Source: a virus
Taxonomy: Duplodnaviria; Heunggongvirae; Uroviricota; Caudoviricetes
Length of the DNA stretch: 47,107 nt
Strand: one strand, 5' to 3'
Virus record (IMG/VR): IMGVR_UViG_3300033069_001366
Location: 1-47,107 of that record
Shown in pieces: positions 18,501-27,189 of this stretch. The number at the start of each line of letters is the position of its first letter. The stretch's first letter is position 1. A model generated the notes under the pieces. It was given only the letters and a program-made list of their open reading frames with translations, was not told where the DNA came from and did not search any database. A program made the translations under genes and the position numbers.

Positions 18501-19256
18501 ATGTTAGAACCAGGAACAAAAGTAAGAATTACAGACAGTACAGGTCATGTCTTTAAAAAAGGTGCTATATGTACACTACTAGGTTTTTATGGAAATGGAT
18601 ATTATAAACTTAGAGGTATATATACCTATAATGGAAGAAGGGCTAAAGTAACACAATCTGTAAACGAAAAATCATTTGAAATAATTAAAAACGAAAAAGA
18701 CATGGTAACCAAATTAGATGTGCTCTATGCAGCAAACCAATTATGTATTGCTAACAATACAGTAACTACTTTAGAAATTAAGAATTATCTGAGAAAGAAA
18801 TTCCCTAATAAAAGATGTACTCAAGACTTTGTTTCAAAAACAATGATTGACTATGCTAATGAGGGAAGATTTACATTTAATGATAATGGAACATATAGAG
18901 TTTACTCAAGCAAATTATCAGGTACAGTTCAGGCAGGTAGTGCAATAACAGTATCTAATTCTCAAACATCAAAAACCAATAAAAACATGAACACAAAAAG
19001 AATCTCAAGAACAACAGCTATTAACCTTATGAGGAATAGTAAAGGTCAGTTTTTCACAGTTGAATTCCAAAAACAAGATGGTACATTGCGTACACTCAAT
19101 GGTCAGTATATGAAAGACCAAAAGTTAAACAGCTCTTATGTTTTAGTTAAAGAGTCTGGAAAACTTAAAACAGGAAGTAATCCAATCAGAAATGTAAATC
19201 CTGATACACTTAAAGTTCTTAAAATAGGTGGTGAAACTTATAGGATTAGAAAATAA
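18501..19256 (+). CDS. Three-module protein: SH3-like, winged-helix-like and WYL_2/Sm-like C-terminus
   Basis: C-terminal FTVEFQKQDGTLRTLNG resembles the phage WYL_2 family; internal Met at 18702 and 18987 mark module boundaries. Confidence 0.5.
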   Translation: MLEPGTKVRITDSTGHVFKKGAICTLLGFYGNGYYKLRGIYTYNGRRAKVTQSVNEKSFEIIKNEKDMVTKLDVLYAANQLCIANNTVTTLEIKNYLRKKFPNKRCTQDFVSKTMIDYANEGRFTFNDNGTYRVYSSKLSGTVQAGSAITVSNSQTSKTNKNMNTKRISRTTAINLMRNSKGQFFTVEFQKQDGTLRTLNGQYMKDQKLNSSYVLVKESGKLKTGSNPIRNVNPDTLKVLKIGGETYRIRK

Positions 19257-19274
19257 TTTTTTTAAAAACTATGA

Positions 19275-19305
19275 AAGAAGGGTAGGTATTCTACCCTTCT
19301 TTTTT
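19275..19305 (+). terminator. Intrinsic terminator
   Basis: AAGAAGGGTAG-GTATT-CTACCCTTCTT followed by TTTT. Confidence 0.85.
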
Positions 19306-19315
19306 ATTTAATAAT

Positions 19316-19480
19316 ATGATACAAGCACTACAAAAAATATTACCTTTTAACTATAAAGGTTTATTGGTTTACAAAACAAAAAATGGTTATAAATGGGGGA
19401 ATAAAGAGTTTGAGACTTTAAAAAAGTTAGACGATAGTATAGATGATATTTTGAAAAAATTAAAAAAGTCTATTATATGA
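19316..19480 (+). CDS. Hypothetical 54-aa protein (below cutoff)
   Basis: MIQALQKILPFNYKGLLVYKTKNGYKWGNKEFETLKKLDDSIDDILKKLKKSII*; ATGA overlap with the next gene. Confidence 0.65.
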   Translation: MIQALQKILPFNYKGLLVYKTKNGYKWGNKEFETLKKLDDSIDDILKKLKKSII

Positions 19481-20175
19481 AGAAATTATTAGCTGATGGT
19501 AGCACAAATAAAAAAATGGCTAAGAATACGACCAAAACATATGGTTTATCTTTACTACCGCACACTTTAAATTCAAAAGGTGAAAACTTATGTAGATTTT
19601 CTACAAGGGAGTGTAGAACAGTATGTCTAAATACTGCAGGAATGGGGAAATTCAACTCTGTACAAAAAGCAAGACTTGAAAAAGCTAATTTCTTTGTGGA
19701 TAGAAGAAGCGACTTTATAAAGCAATTGCATGGAGAATTAGATAAAATAAATAAGAAAGGTAAGGCTGCAGTAAGGTTAAATGTAATAACAGATATTGAT
19801 TGGGAAACAGAATTTGCAAAAGAAGGTTATAATCTTGCTAATTTTACAAATATTATATTTTATTCATATACGAAAAATCCATATATGATAGAACTTAATA
19901 CCAATCCAAATCATCATTTTACATTCTCTTTTTCTGGTGGAAACTGGAAATGGTGCGAAAAATTCCTCAAAGAAAACAAGGCAAATGTTGCAGTTGTATT
20001 TAAAGACTCTTTACCTGACTTTTACAAGGGTTATAAAGTAATTGATGGTGATATAAGTGATGAGAGATTTTTGGACCCTAAAGGGGTTATAGTAGGCTTA
20101 AAGTATAAAAGAACTACTGGTAATATTAATAATGCTCCTAAATTTGTAATAGATGGAAAAATGTTGGATATATAA
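19477..20175 (+). CDS. Gp88-like phage protein (Cys triad, radical-SAM-like fold suspected)
   Basis: CRFSTRECRTVC, VRLNVITDIDWE, FYSYTK, FTFSFSG, VAVVF, DGDISDERFLDPKGVIVGLKYK. Confidence 0.65.
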   Translation: MKKLLADGSTNKKMAKNTTKTYGLSLLPHTLNSKGENLCRFSTRECRTVCLNTAGMGKFNSVQKARLEKANFFVDRRSDFIKQLHGELDKINKKGKAAVRLNVITDIDWETEFAKEGYNLANFTNIIFYSYTKNPYMIELNTNPNHHFTFSFSGGNWKWCEKFLKENKANVAVVFKDSLPDFYKGYKVIDGDISDERFLDPKGVIVGLKYKRTTGNINNAPKFVIDGKMLDI

Positions 20176-20575
20176 AGGAAAATGTCTATATGATCCCCCT
20201 GAAGGATTTTATGGGTATATTTATGTAATTACAGATAATACTGGCAAAAAATACTATGGTAAAAAGGCATTTACTCATAGAAAGAAAACCAAATTATCAA
20301 AAAAGGCAAGGGTTGGAACAAGAAAAAGAATTAAAATATCTTCTGTTGATTCTGGTTGGTTAGATTATTGGGGTTCTTCTAAACCTTTATTGGAGTATAT
20401 TGAAAAAAATACAACAAAAGGATTTAAAAGAGAAATTCTTAAACTATGTAAAGATAAACAGTCATGGTCTTATTGGGAACTTGCTATACTTATAGAGCAA
20501 AAAGTTCTTTTTAGGGAAGACTGTTGGAATGGAAATGTTGCAGGTAAATATTATAAAAATAAAATACATGAATAG
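20153..20575 (+). CDS. Free-standing GIY-YIG endonuclease (Seg-like)
   Basis: GYIYVIT..TGKKYYGKK, YWGSS, REIL..C, E motif. Confidence 0.75.
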   Translation: MEKCWIYKGKCLYDPPEGFYGYIYVITDNTGKKYYGKKAFTHRKKTKLSKKARVGTRKRIKISSVDSGWLDYWGSSKPLLEYIEKNTTKGFKREILKLCKDKQSWSYWELAILIEQKVLFREDCWNGNVAGKYYKNKIHE

Positions 20576-20744
20576 TCCATATACAAGAATATCTGAGATA
20601 AGAGAAGAATTAAGAACTGTTACAAATGAACAATTTACAGCAGAAGAACTGGCTCAATACTTAAGAGACAGGCTTGAAAAAACTTTGAAAAATGGGCTAG
20701 AATTACTACCTTTGCTAGATTCAGAAATTAAATTAAATTACTAG
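20529..20744 (+). CDS. Hypothetical protein (probable start 20568)
   Basis: Short helical ORF in operon context. Confidence 0.5.
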   Translation: MEMLQVNIIKIKYMNSPYTRISEIREELRTVTNEQFTAEELAQYLRDRLEKTLKNGLELLPLLDSEIKLNY

Positions 20745-20748
20745 CAAT

Positions 20749-21837
20749 ATGATAACAGGAAGACAATTAGTTCAGATTCAAAGAGTTGAAAAAAACTACA
20801 GGGAACTTGATGCATTAAATTGTTCAATGATTAAAATGTTTGATACAGACCCTGTAAAATTCTTTGAACAATTCAAATTAGGTAAAACTAAAAAAGATAT
20901 AAAGAGTACAGCCTTGATTATAGGTGACCTTGTAGACTTTTATCTTTTAGAATGTAGAGCTGATGACCAATCTTTTGAAGATAGAGTAGAAGAAAAATTT
21001 GCTTTATATAAAGAAGTAAAGCCAAAAGGACAAGTTGGTGATCTTGCAGATAAGGTAATTGAAGTAACTAAAGAACAAATTCAGGAAAATGGTACTTTAC
21101 CTACTTCATTTGAAACAAGATTTGCAGAAGCTCTCAGGAGAGTTCAGGATGATGGAAAATATAAGAATGCTACAGTAGATAAAGCTCTGGCTAATTTTAC
21201 TGATAAGGCTCTTGATTATTTCAAGTTCTGTATGGATAATATGGATAAAACAATTGTTGATATATCTTTACTTGATAAATCAAGAACTGTTGCAAAAATC
21301 CTTAAAAATGATGAGTTTATAAAGGATGTATTTCAAGAACATGAAGATATAGAACTTTATCCAAAATTTATTATTGAGTGGAAATATAAAGATATATCTT
21401 GTAAATCAGAGATTGACTTACTTATAATTGACCATAAACATAAAATCATAAGTCCAAAAGACTTAAAAACAACTTATGATAATGAAAACTTTGAATATGG
21501 CTATTTAAAATACAGATATGATTTACAAGCAGCTTTTTATCATCTTGCTGTAGAATGGTGGAAAAAAGAAGAAGGTCTTGAAAAGTATAAAGTAGAACCT
21601 ATGGAGTTTATAGTAGGAGATACCTCTTATAATAACAGAAGACCTGTTAGATTTCCTCTTTCTCAAAGAGATTTAGATGCTGCTTTAAATGGATACTCTT
21701 TATATGGAAAACAATATAAAGGTATTATTCCACTTATAGAGGAAATCTTATGGGCAGACTCAAATAACATTTGGGATGCAAGTAAGGAACTTATTGAAAA
21801 TAAAGGTATTTTAAAATTAAATTTAAATTATGATTGA
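20749..21837 (+). CDS. PD-(D/E)XK exonuclease-like protein
   Basis: CKSEIDLL...DLKTT...YDLQAAFY (RecE/ExoVIII-like signature). Confidence 0.75.
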   Translation: MITGRQLVQIQRVEKNYRELDALNCSMIKMFDTDPVKFFEQFKLGKTKKDIKSTALIIGDLVDFYLLECRADDQSFEDRVEEKFALYKEVKPKGQVGDLADKVIEVTKEQIQENGTLPTSFETRFAEALRRVQDDGKYKNATVDKALANFTDKALDYFKFCMDNMDKTIVDISLLDKSRTVAKILKNDEFIKDVFQEHEDIELYPKFIIEWKYKDISCKSEIDLLIIDHKHKIISPKDLKTTYDNENFEYGYLKYRYDLQAAFYHLAVEWWKKEEGLEKYKVEPMEFIVGDTSYNNRRPVRFPLSQRDLDAALNGYSLYGKQYKGIIPLIEEILWADSNNIWDASKELIENKGILKLNLNYD

Positions 21838-22027
21838 GGCAAAAGTAGTGGCTGATAGTGTTAATCCACAAGGTGATAGTTCTCCTAATAAAAAATTATC
21901 TGAAGAAATAGTTTTTAATATTAGACAAGAGTTACAAGAAGGTAAAAAAGGGAAAGTTCTTTCTAAAAAATATAGTATAAGTGAAGGGATGATTTCATTA
22001 ATTAAACACAATAAAAATTGGGTATGA
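21830..22027 (+). pseudogene. Chimeric remnant: ThyX-like N-terminus fused to HNH-endonuclease C-terminal HTH
   Basis: MIEAKVVADSVNPQGD matches the usual start of phage ThyX-like proteins. SSPNKKLSEEIVFNIR..G..LSKKYSISEGMISLIKHNKNW matches the HTH tail of HNH endonucleases. Confidence 0.6.
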
Positions 22028-22725
22028 TAATAGGTATATCGGGCTACATGGGTTCGGGCAAAAATTTAATTTGTAAAATAATTCAAGGACTAAGTGTAGC
22101 CAAAGAAAATAATATTGAAAATGCTAATTATGAATGGATCGAAAGATTTCATTTGAATTCTGAATGGAAACAAAAAGCTTTTGCAGGAAAACTTAAACAG
22201 ATCGCATCTCTCATGACAGGAATCCCTGTAGAAAAGTTTGAAGATCAAGAGTTTAAGAAAACTTATTTAGGAGAAGAGTGGACTAATTTTGATTTTGAAA
22301 GTGTAGATGATATATTATTATGGGGAGATACAGGTAAACCTATGACTGTAAGAGAGTTTTTGCAAAAACTTGGTACAGAAGCTATTAGAGATAATTTACA
22401 CCCTGATTCTTGGGTAAATGCTCTTATGGTTGATTATAAAGAATATAAGGATATACAGGCAGGTTCTATGTATCCAGTAATTAATAAATTACCAAATTGG
22501 ATTATAACAGATTTACGTTTTCCAAATGAAGCTAGAGTTATAAAACAACATCAAGGTATTACATTAAGAGTTAATAGAGAGACGCATAAAGTTGCATCTT
22601 TAGTTCATGAATCTGAAATAGCTTTGAACGATTATGAATTTGATTATGTTATAGATAATAATGGAACAATTGATGAGCTAATAGAAAAAGTAAGAGAATT
22701 TCTTAATAAATTTAATATATTATGA
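22024..22725 (+). CDS. Deoxynucleoside monophosphate kinase
   Basis: IIGISGYMGSGK, FAGKLK, REFLQKLGTE, ITDLRFPNE, HESE. Confidence 0.85.
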   Translation: MIIGISGYMGSGKNLICKIIQGLSVAKENNIENANYEWIERFHLNSEWKQKAFAGKLKQIASLMTGIPVEKFEDQEFKKTYLGEEWTNFDFESVDDILLWGDTGKPMTVREFLQKLGTEAIRDNLHPDSWVNALMVDYKEYKDIQAGSMYPVINKLPNWIITDLRFPNEARVIKQHQGITLRVNRETHKVASLVHESEIALNDYEFDYVIDNNGTIDELIEKVREFLNKFNIL

Positions 22726-22865
22726 AAGAATTAATTAATAATCTTGAGACAAAAGAAGCAATAATTTCATTAATTTTGCAAATAATGAAAGATAATCCTA
22801 ATGATGAAGAATTAGGAAAAAAGATAAGAAGTACTTTTAAAAATTATTTTGACGAAGAAGAATAA
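22722..22865 (+). CDS. Hypothetical 47-aa protein (below cutoff)
   Basis: MKELINNLETKEAIISLILQIMKDNPNDEELGKKIRSTFKNYFDEEE*; overlaps the kinase stop. Confidence 0.65.
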   Translation: MKELINNLETKEAIISLILQIMKDNPNDEELGKKIRSTFKNYFDEEE

Positions 22866-22884
22866 AGTTGTATATTAATAGACC

Positions 22885-22915
22885 AAGTCGGGGAGCAAAA
22901 ACTTCCCGACTTTTT
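22885..22915 (+). terminator. Terminator-like hairpin just upstream of the RNR start
   Basis: AAGTCGGGGA-GCAAAAAC-TTCCCGACTT followed by TTT. Confidence 0.7.
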
Positions 22916-22936
22916 AATCTAAAAAATATTAAATAT

Positions 22937-25198
22937 ATGGATAAAGGTAGAAAATTTTTAAGTGATTTAAAGCTTCACTCTGATTATTTTAAATGGAAAG
23001 ACGAATTAAATAGATACGAAAACTGGGAAGAAGTATGTGAAGATATAATAGAAGGACATAGAAAAAAGTATGGATATATTACTGAACTTGAACCCTATTT
23101 ACAGTCTTCACTAAATTCTTTAAAAGAGATGGGTATATTAGCGTCTCAAAGAAATTTACAGTATAGATATGATCAAATTAAAAGATCAAATTTAAGAATG
23201 TATAATTGTACATCAACTCATGCAATGAGAAATACTGTTTTTCAAGAAGTTTTCTTTTTAGCATTAAATGGATGCGGTGTAGGTGTAGGTTTGTTATTAC
23301 CTTTTGTTAATAATATATCATCTATTAAAAAAAGAAATCTTGGTAGTAAGACATATGTAATAGAAGATAGTATAGAAGGATGGGCAGATTCATTAGGTGT
23401 TTTAATGTCTTCTTATTTTGAAGAAAAACAACCATTTCCTGAATATGCAGGATACAATGTAAGATTTGATTTCTCTAGAATCAGAGAAAAAGGTTCTTAT
23501 TTATCAGGTGGATTTAAGGCTCCAGGTCCAGAACCTTTAAAAATAGCTTTAGAAAAAATAGAGCAGTTTTTAGAAAACTGGATTACAAATGAAGGTAATA
23601 AATTAAGACCAATTGCAGTTGGGGATATTATTTGCCATGTATCAAATGCTGTTTTAAGTGGAGGGGTAAGAAGAGCAGCTTTAGATTTTATAGTTGATCC
23701 AAATGATGAGGAAATGATAATGTCAAAAACAGGTAATTGGAGAACTATAAATAAACAAAGAGAAAGAACTAACAATAGTGTAATATTATTAAGAAGTCAG
23801 GTAACAAAAGAACAATTTGAAAAGATAGTTAATATTAATAATGGTACAAATGATATAGGTTTTGTCTTTGCAAACAGTTGGTTTGATATGTTTAATCCTT
23901 GTTTTGAAATTTCAAAACTTCCAGTTCTTTATAATGGTGATTTATCTAAAATAGATTATGAGGATATATCAGAATTTGTGAAAGTAAACGAAAATTTATT
24001 TGGTGTACAAGGATGTAATTTAAATGAAATAGTTGCTCAGAATATTAAGAACTTAGAACAATTTTTAATTTACTGTGAAGATGCTGCTATTATGGGTACT
24101 TTACAAGCTGGATATACTGACATGCCATACTTAGGTGAAATAAGTAAAAAAATCTTTGAAAAAGAAGCCTTACTAGGTATTAGTATTATAGGTTGGATGA
24201 ATAACCCTAAACTTTTTAATCCTGATTGGTTAAGAAAAGGAGCAGAAGTTGTAAAAGAAACAAATAAAATAATTTCTAAAATTATAGGTATAAATCAATC
24301 AGCAAGAACAACTTGTGTAAAACCAGGTGGAAATTCTAGCGTTGTAGCAATGACAGTTGGTGGGATGTCAGCAGAAGAAGATAGACAGTATTTTAGAATA
24401 ATGCAAATAAATAAAGAAAATGATGTTGCAAAATGGGTAGTCGAAAATATGCCTTTTATAATTGAAGAAAGCGTTCATAATGATAATAAAACAGATTATG
24501 TTATTTATGTTCCAATAAATGCTCCAAAAGAAGCTATCTTAAAAAAAGATATACTTGGTATAAAACATTTGGAATATATCAAATTAGTTCAGGAAAACTG
24601 GGTAATACCAGGAACAAATGAAGAATTATGTGGATATAAAGGAATTAATCATAATGTATCTTGTACTGTTTCTTTTGAAGGTGACAAACAACCTATGATA
24701 GATTATATCTGGGAAAATAAAAACTCTTTTACTGCTATATCATTCTTAGAAAATTATGGAAGTAGAGGATGGAATCAAGCACCTTTAACACAAATTGTAC
24801 CTATGGAAGATATAGTTAGTAAGTATGGTGTTGGTTCTTTATTTGCAGCAGGGTTAATTGTTGATGCATTACATTACTTTAATGAAGATTTATGGATGGC
24901 ATGTGATTCAGTTTTAGATAGAAATAAACCTATTACAGGAACCCGTGAACAAGTATTACTTAAAAAATATTGGTTAGATAGAGCAAAAAAGTTTGCAAAA
25001 AATTATTTTAAAAATGATACTGATCAGATGATACTTTGTTTAAAAGATGTTCACATTTTACATAAATGGGAAACCATTAACAAAAAGTTTAAACATGTAG
25101 ACCTATCAAAAATCTTAAAAAAACCTGAATATAAAGACATAAGTGATTATGCATCAGTTGCTTGTGCAGGTGGGGCTTGTGAGATAACAAGAATATAA
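22937..25198 (+). CDS. nrdJ: Ribonucleotide reductase, probably class II (NrdJ/RTPR-like); probable start 22937
   Basis: YNCT, GCGVG, GGVRRAA, NPCFEI (thiyl Cys), GCNLNEI, TCVKPGG, C-terminal CAGGAC; no nrdB in the window. Confidence 0.78.
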   Translation: MDKGRKFLSDLKLHSDYFKWKDELNRYENWEEVCEDIIEGHRKKYGYITELEPYLQSSLNSLKEMGILASQRNLQYRYDQIKRSNLRMYNCTSTHAMRNTVFQEVFFLALNGCGVGVGLLLPFVNNISSIKKRNLGSKTYVIEDSIEGWADSLGVLMSSYFEEKQPFPEYAGYNVRFDFSRIREKGSYLSGGFKAPGPEPLKIALEKIEQFLENWITNEGNKLRPIAVGDIICHVSNAVLSGGVRRAALDFIVDPNDEEMIMSKTGNWRTINKQRERTNNSVILLRSQVTKEQFEKIVNINNGTNDIGFVFANSWFDMFNPCFEISKLPVLYNGDLSKIDYEDISEFVKVNENLFGVQGCNLNEIVAQNIKNLEQFLIYCEDAAIMGTLQAGYTDMPYLGEISKKIFEKEALLGISIIGWMNNPKLFNPDWLRKGAEVVKETNKIISKIIGINQSARTTCVKPGGNSSVVAMTVGGMSAEEDRQYFRIMQINKENDVAKWVVENMPFIIEESVHNDNKTDYVIYVPINAPKEAILKKDILGIKHLEYIKLVQENWVIPGTNEELCGYKGINHNVSCTVSFEGDKQPMIDYIWENKNSFTAISFLENYGSRGWNQAPLTQIVPMEDIVSKYGVGSLFAAGLIVDALHYFNEDLWMACDSVLDRNKPITGTREQVLLKKYWLDRAKKFAKNYFKNDTDQMILCLKDVHILHKWETINKKFKHVDLSKILKKPEYKDISDYASVACAGGACEITRI

Positions 25199-25201
25199 TT
25201 C

Positions 25202-25232
25202 TTTTCTTTTTCAAATAAATTTAGTAAATTTG
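25202..25232 (+). promoter_or_regulatory. Putative Bacteroidota-type promoter (-7 box)
   Basis: TAAATTTG at 25225-25232 with ATG 4 nt downstream; the -33 position reads TTTT, not TTTG. Confidence 0.5.
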
Positions 25233-25236
25233 TAGT

Positions 25237-25515
25237 ATGGAAATATTCAAAAAGATGGCAGATAATTTTGACGAAGAAAGATTAACTCTTAAAGTAGTAG
25301 AAGAATTATCTGAACTGAGTGAAGTTTTAGTAAAAAGACTAACTAGAAAAGAAGGACAAAAACCAAGTGTTGAAAAAATTATAGAGGAGATAGGTGATGT
25401 TCATTTTAGAACTCGTTGCTTAATTGAAAAACTTGGAATTTCAGAACAGGTTGAGGCAAGAATTCTACAAAAAGGTATACAAGTAGAAAAATGGTATTTC
25501 GAAAATAATATTTAA
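25237..25515 (+). CDS. MazG-like nucleotide pyrophosphohydrolase
   Basis: VEELSEL...EEIGDV. Confidence 0.78.
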   Translation: MEIFKKMADNFDEERLTLKVVEELSELSEVLVKRLTRKEGQKPSVEKIIEEIGDVHFRTRCLIEKLGISEQVEARILQKGIQVEKWYFENNI

Positions 25516-25519
25516 TTAT

Positions 25520-26548
25520 ATGGCAGAAAAACAAAAACTAGAAGACGTATTAAAAAGTCTTGAAAAAGATTATGGTAAAGGTGCAGTTCTACATGGTCAT
25601 GTTCCATCATCAGAAGTAGAAGTTATTGATACTGGATCAATTGGATTAAATAGTGCATTAGGTGTAGGAGGTGTTCCAGTAGGTAAGATAATTGAAATCT
25701 TTGGGTGGGAATCATCTGGAAAAAGCACTCTTTGTCAAACAATCGTAGGTAATGCTCAAAGAAAAGGCATTAAATGTATTTATGTAGATGCTGAGAATAG
25801 TATTGATGCAAGCTATTCGAAAGCACTTGGTATGAATCTGGATGACCTTTATATGATTCAAATGGACGAAAGTGCTGGAGAAGGAGCATATAATAAAGTT
25901 GATAGACTTGTAGAAACAGGAGAATTTGGACTTGTTATTTATGATAGTTATAATGCTTTACAACCAAAATCAGTAGTAGAAGGTGAGGTTGGTGACTCAG
26001 CTATTGGTAAACATGCAAGAATGTTAGGTCAAGCTGTAATGAAAGCCAATTATCTTGCTTCTAAACATAATTGTACTTTTATATTTATTGGACAACTTAG
26101 AGAAAAGATAGGTGTAATGTATGGTTCTCCTCAAACTACTCAAGGTGGAAATGCTCTTAAGTTTTATTCTCACGTACGAATGGAAATTGTAAGAAGTACA
26201 ACTAAAGATAATTCTATAATGAATGGTGACCAAAAACTTGGAAATAAAGTTACTATTAAAGTAATAAAGAATAAGATGGGTGCACCTTTTACTTCTGCAG
26301 AAATAGATGTTATCTATGGAGTAGGTTTTGATAAAATAGGTGAACTTGTAGACATGGCAAAAGAAGAAGGTATCATAAAATTAAGAGCTGGAGTTGTTAC
26401 TTATAAAGAAACTAAATATCCAGAAAGTGATTTTAGAAAGATTCTTGAAGATAATCCTGAATTTTTGGCAGAAATTAAAAAAGAAATATATGAAAGTGAA
26501 AATAAAGAAGCTGAACAAATTGGCTCAGATACCACAATATCAAACTAA
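25520..26548 (+). CDS. recA: RecA recombinase
   Basis: IDTGSIGLNSALGVGGVP.G.IIEIFGWESSGKST, YDS, ARMLGQ, IGQLREKIGVMYGSPQTTQGGNALKFY, KNKMGAPF. Confidence 0.95.
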   Translation: MAEKQKLEDVLKSLEKDYGKGAVLHGHVPSSEVEVIDTGSIGLNSALGVGGVPVGKIIEIFGWESSGKSTLCQTIVGNAQRKGIKCIYVDAENSIDASYSKALGMNLDDLYMIQMDESAGEGAYNKVDRLVETGEFGLVIYDSYNALQPKSVVEGEVGDSAIGKHARMLGQAVMKANYLASKHNCTFIFIGQLREKIGVMYGSPQTTQGGNALKFYSHVRMEIVRSTTKDNSIMNGDQKLGNKVTIKVIKNKMGAPFTSAEIDVIYGVGFDKIGELVDMAKEEGIIKLRAGVVTYKETKYPESDFRKILEDNPEFLAEIKKEIYESENKEAEQIGSDTTISN

Positions 26549-26918
26549 AGGAGCATCTGGGTTTGATTTTCACTCTATAGAAGAAATTGAAATTAAACCC
26601 AAACAAACTGTTCTTATTCCAACAGGATTGGCTTTTAAAATACCTGAAGGTTATGAAATGCAAATTAGACCTAGAAGTGGAGTAAGTTTTAAAACAGGCT
26701 TAAGAGTTGTAAACTCACCGGGAACTTTAGATTCAGATTATACTGGTGAGGCAAAAATAATTATGCAAAATACAGGAGATGAAACTTTTTTAATTAACTT
26801 TGGAGATAGAATAGCTCAAGGAGTAATTTGTCCAGTAATACAAGTTAAGTTTGATGAAACGGAAAATTTGGAAGAAACAGAAAGGGGAGAAAAAGGATTT
26901 GGAAGTACAAATGCCTGA
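26490..26918 (+). CDS. dut: Trimeric dUTPase; probable start 26490
   Basis: ASGFD, QIRPRSG, NSPGTLDSDYTGE, GDRIAQG, RGEKGFGST. Confidence 0.93.
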   Translation: MKVKIKKLNKLAQIPQYQTKGASGFDFHSIEEIEIKPKQTVLIPTGLAFKIPEGYEMQIRPRSGVSFKTGLRVVNSPGTLDSDYTGEAKIIMQNTGDETFLINFGDRIAQGVICPVIQVKFDETENLEETERGEKGFGSTNA

Positions 26919-27189
26919 TTTTTTTAGATCTATTTGGGATAAAAGAGAAGATGAAACAGGAAGTTGTTACTGCTATGAAACTGGCAGGGAACTTCCTGGT
27001 TTCATTTTTAGGAGTAATAGCACATGTTATCACCATGTATTACCTAAAAATAAATACCCTGAATTTGCATTTGAAGAATGGAATATCGTAATTTTACACC
27101 CAGAGGTTCATATGCAAGTAGAGTCAAATTTGGATAAATGTCCAAAAGTAAAAGAATTAACAAAAAAATTAAAGAATGAAAGATGTTGA
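26911..27189 (+). CDS. Small HNH-like (His-Me finger) protein; probable start 26911
   Basis: CYETG...HHVLPK..YP......N...L....H. Confidence 0.55.
   Translation: MPDFFRSIWDKREDETGSCYCYETGRELPGFIFRSNSTCYHHVLPKNKYPEFAFEEWNIVILHPEVHMQVESNLDKCPKVKELTKKLKNERC

Noticed and set aside
24950-25198. Uracil-substituted or hypermodified genome
   Set aside because: Encoding both dUTPase and UDG argues for normal thymine DNA, and no base-modification enzyme was recognised in the replication arm.
26394-26489. N-terminal extensions in the ORF track (dut 26394, RNR 22868, AEP-like 9502, HNH-like 26851, fibre 36786)
   Set aside because: The extensions overlap upstream genes or a terminator. Downstream ATGs have typical A-rich leaders and coincide with domain starts.
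1316-27036. Short - strand ORFs in the + arm (1316, 3064, 3625, 5194, 6710, 7786, 9745, 19473, 21823, 23497, 26024, 26475, 26845)
   Set aside because: They are antisense to well-supported genes, have shadow-like composition and show no motifs.
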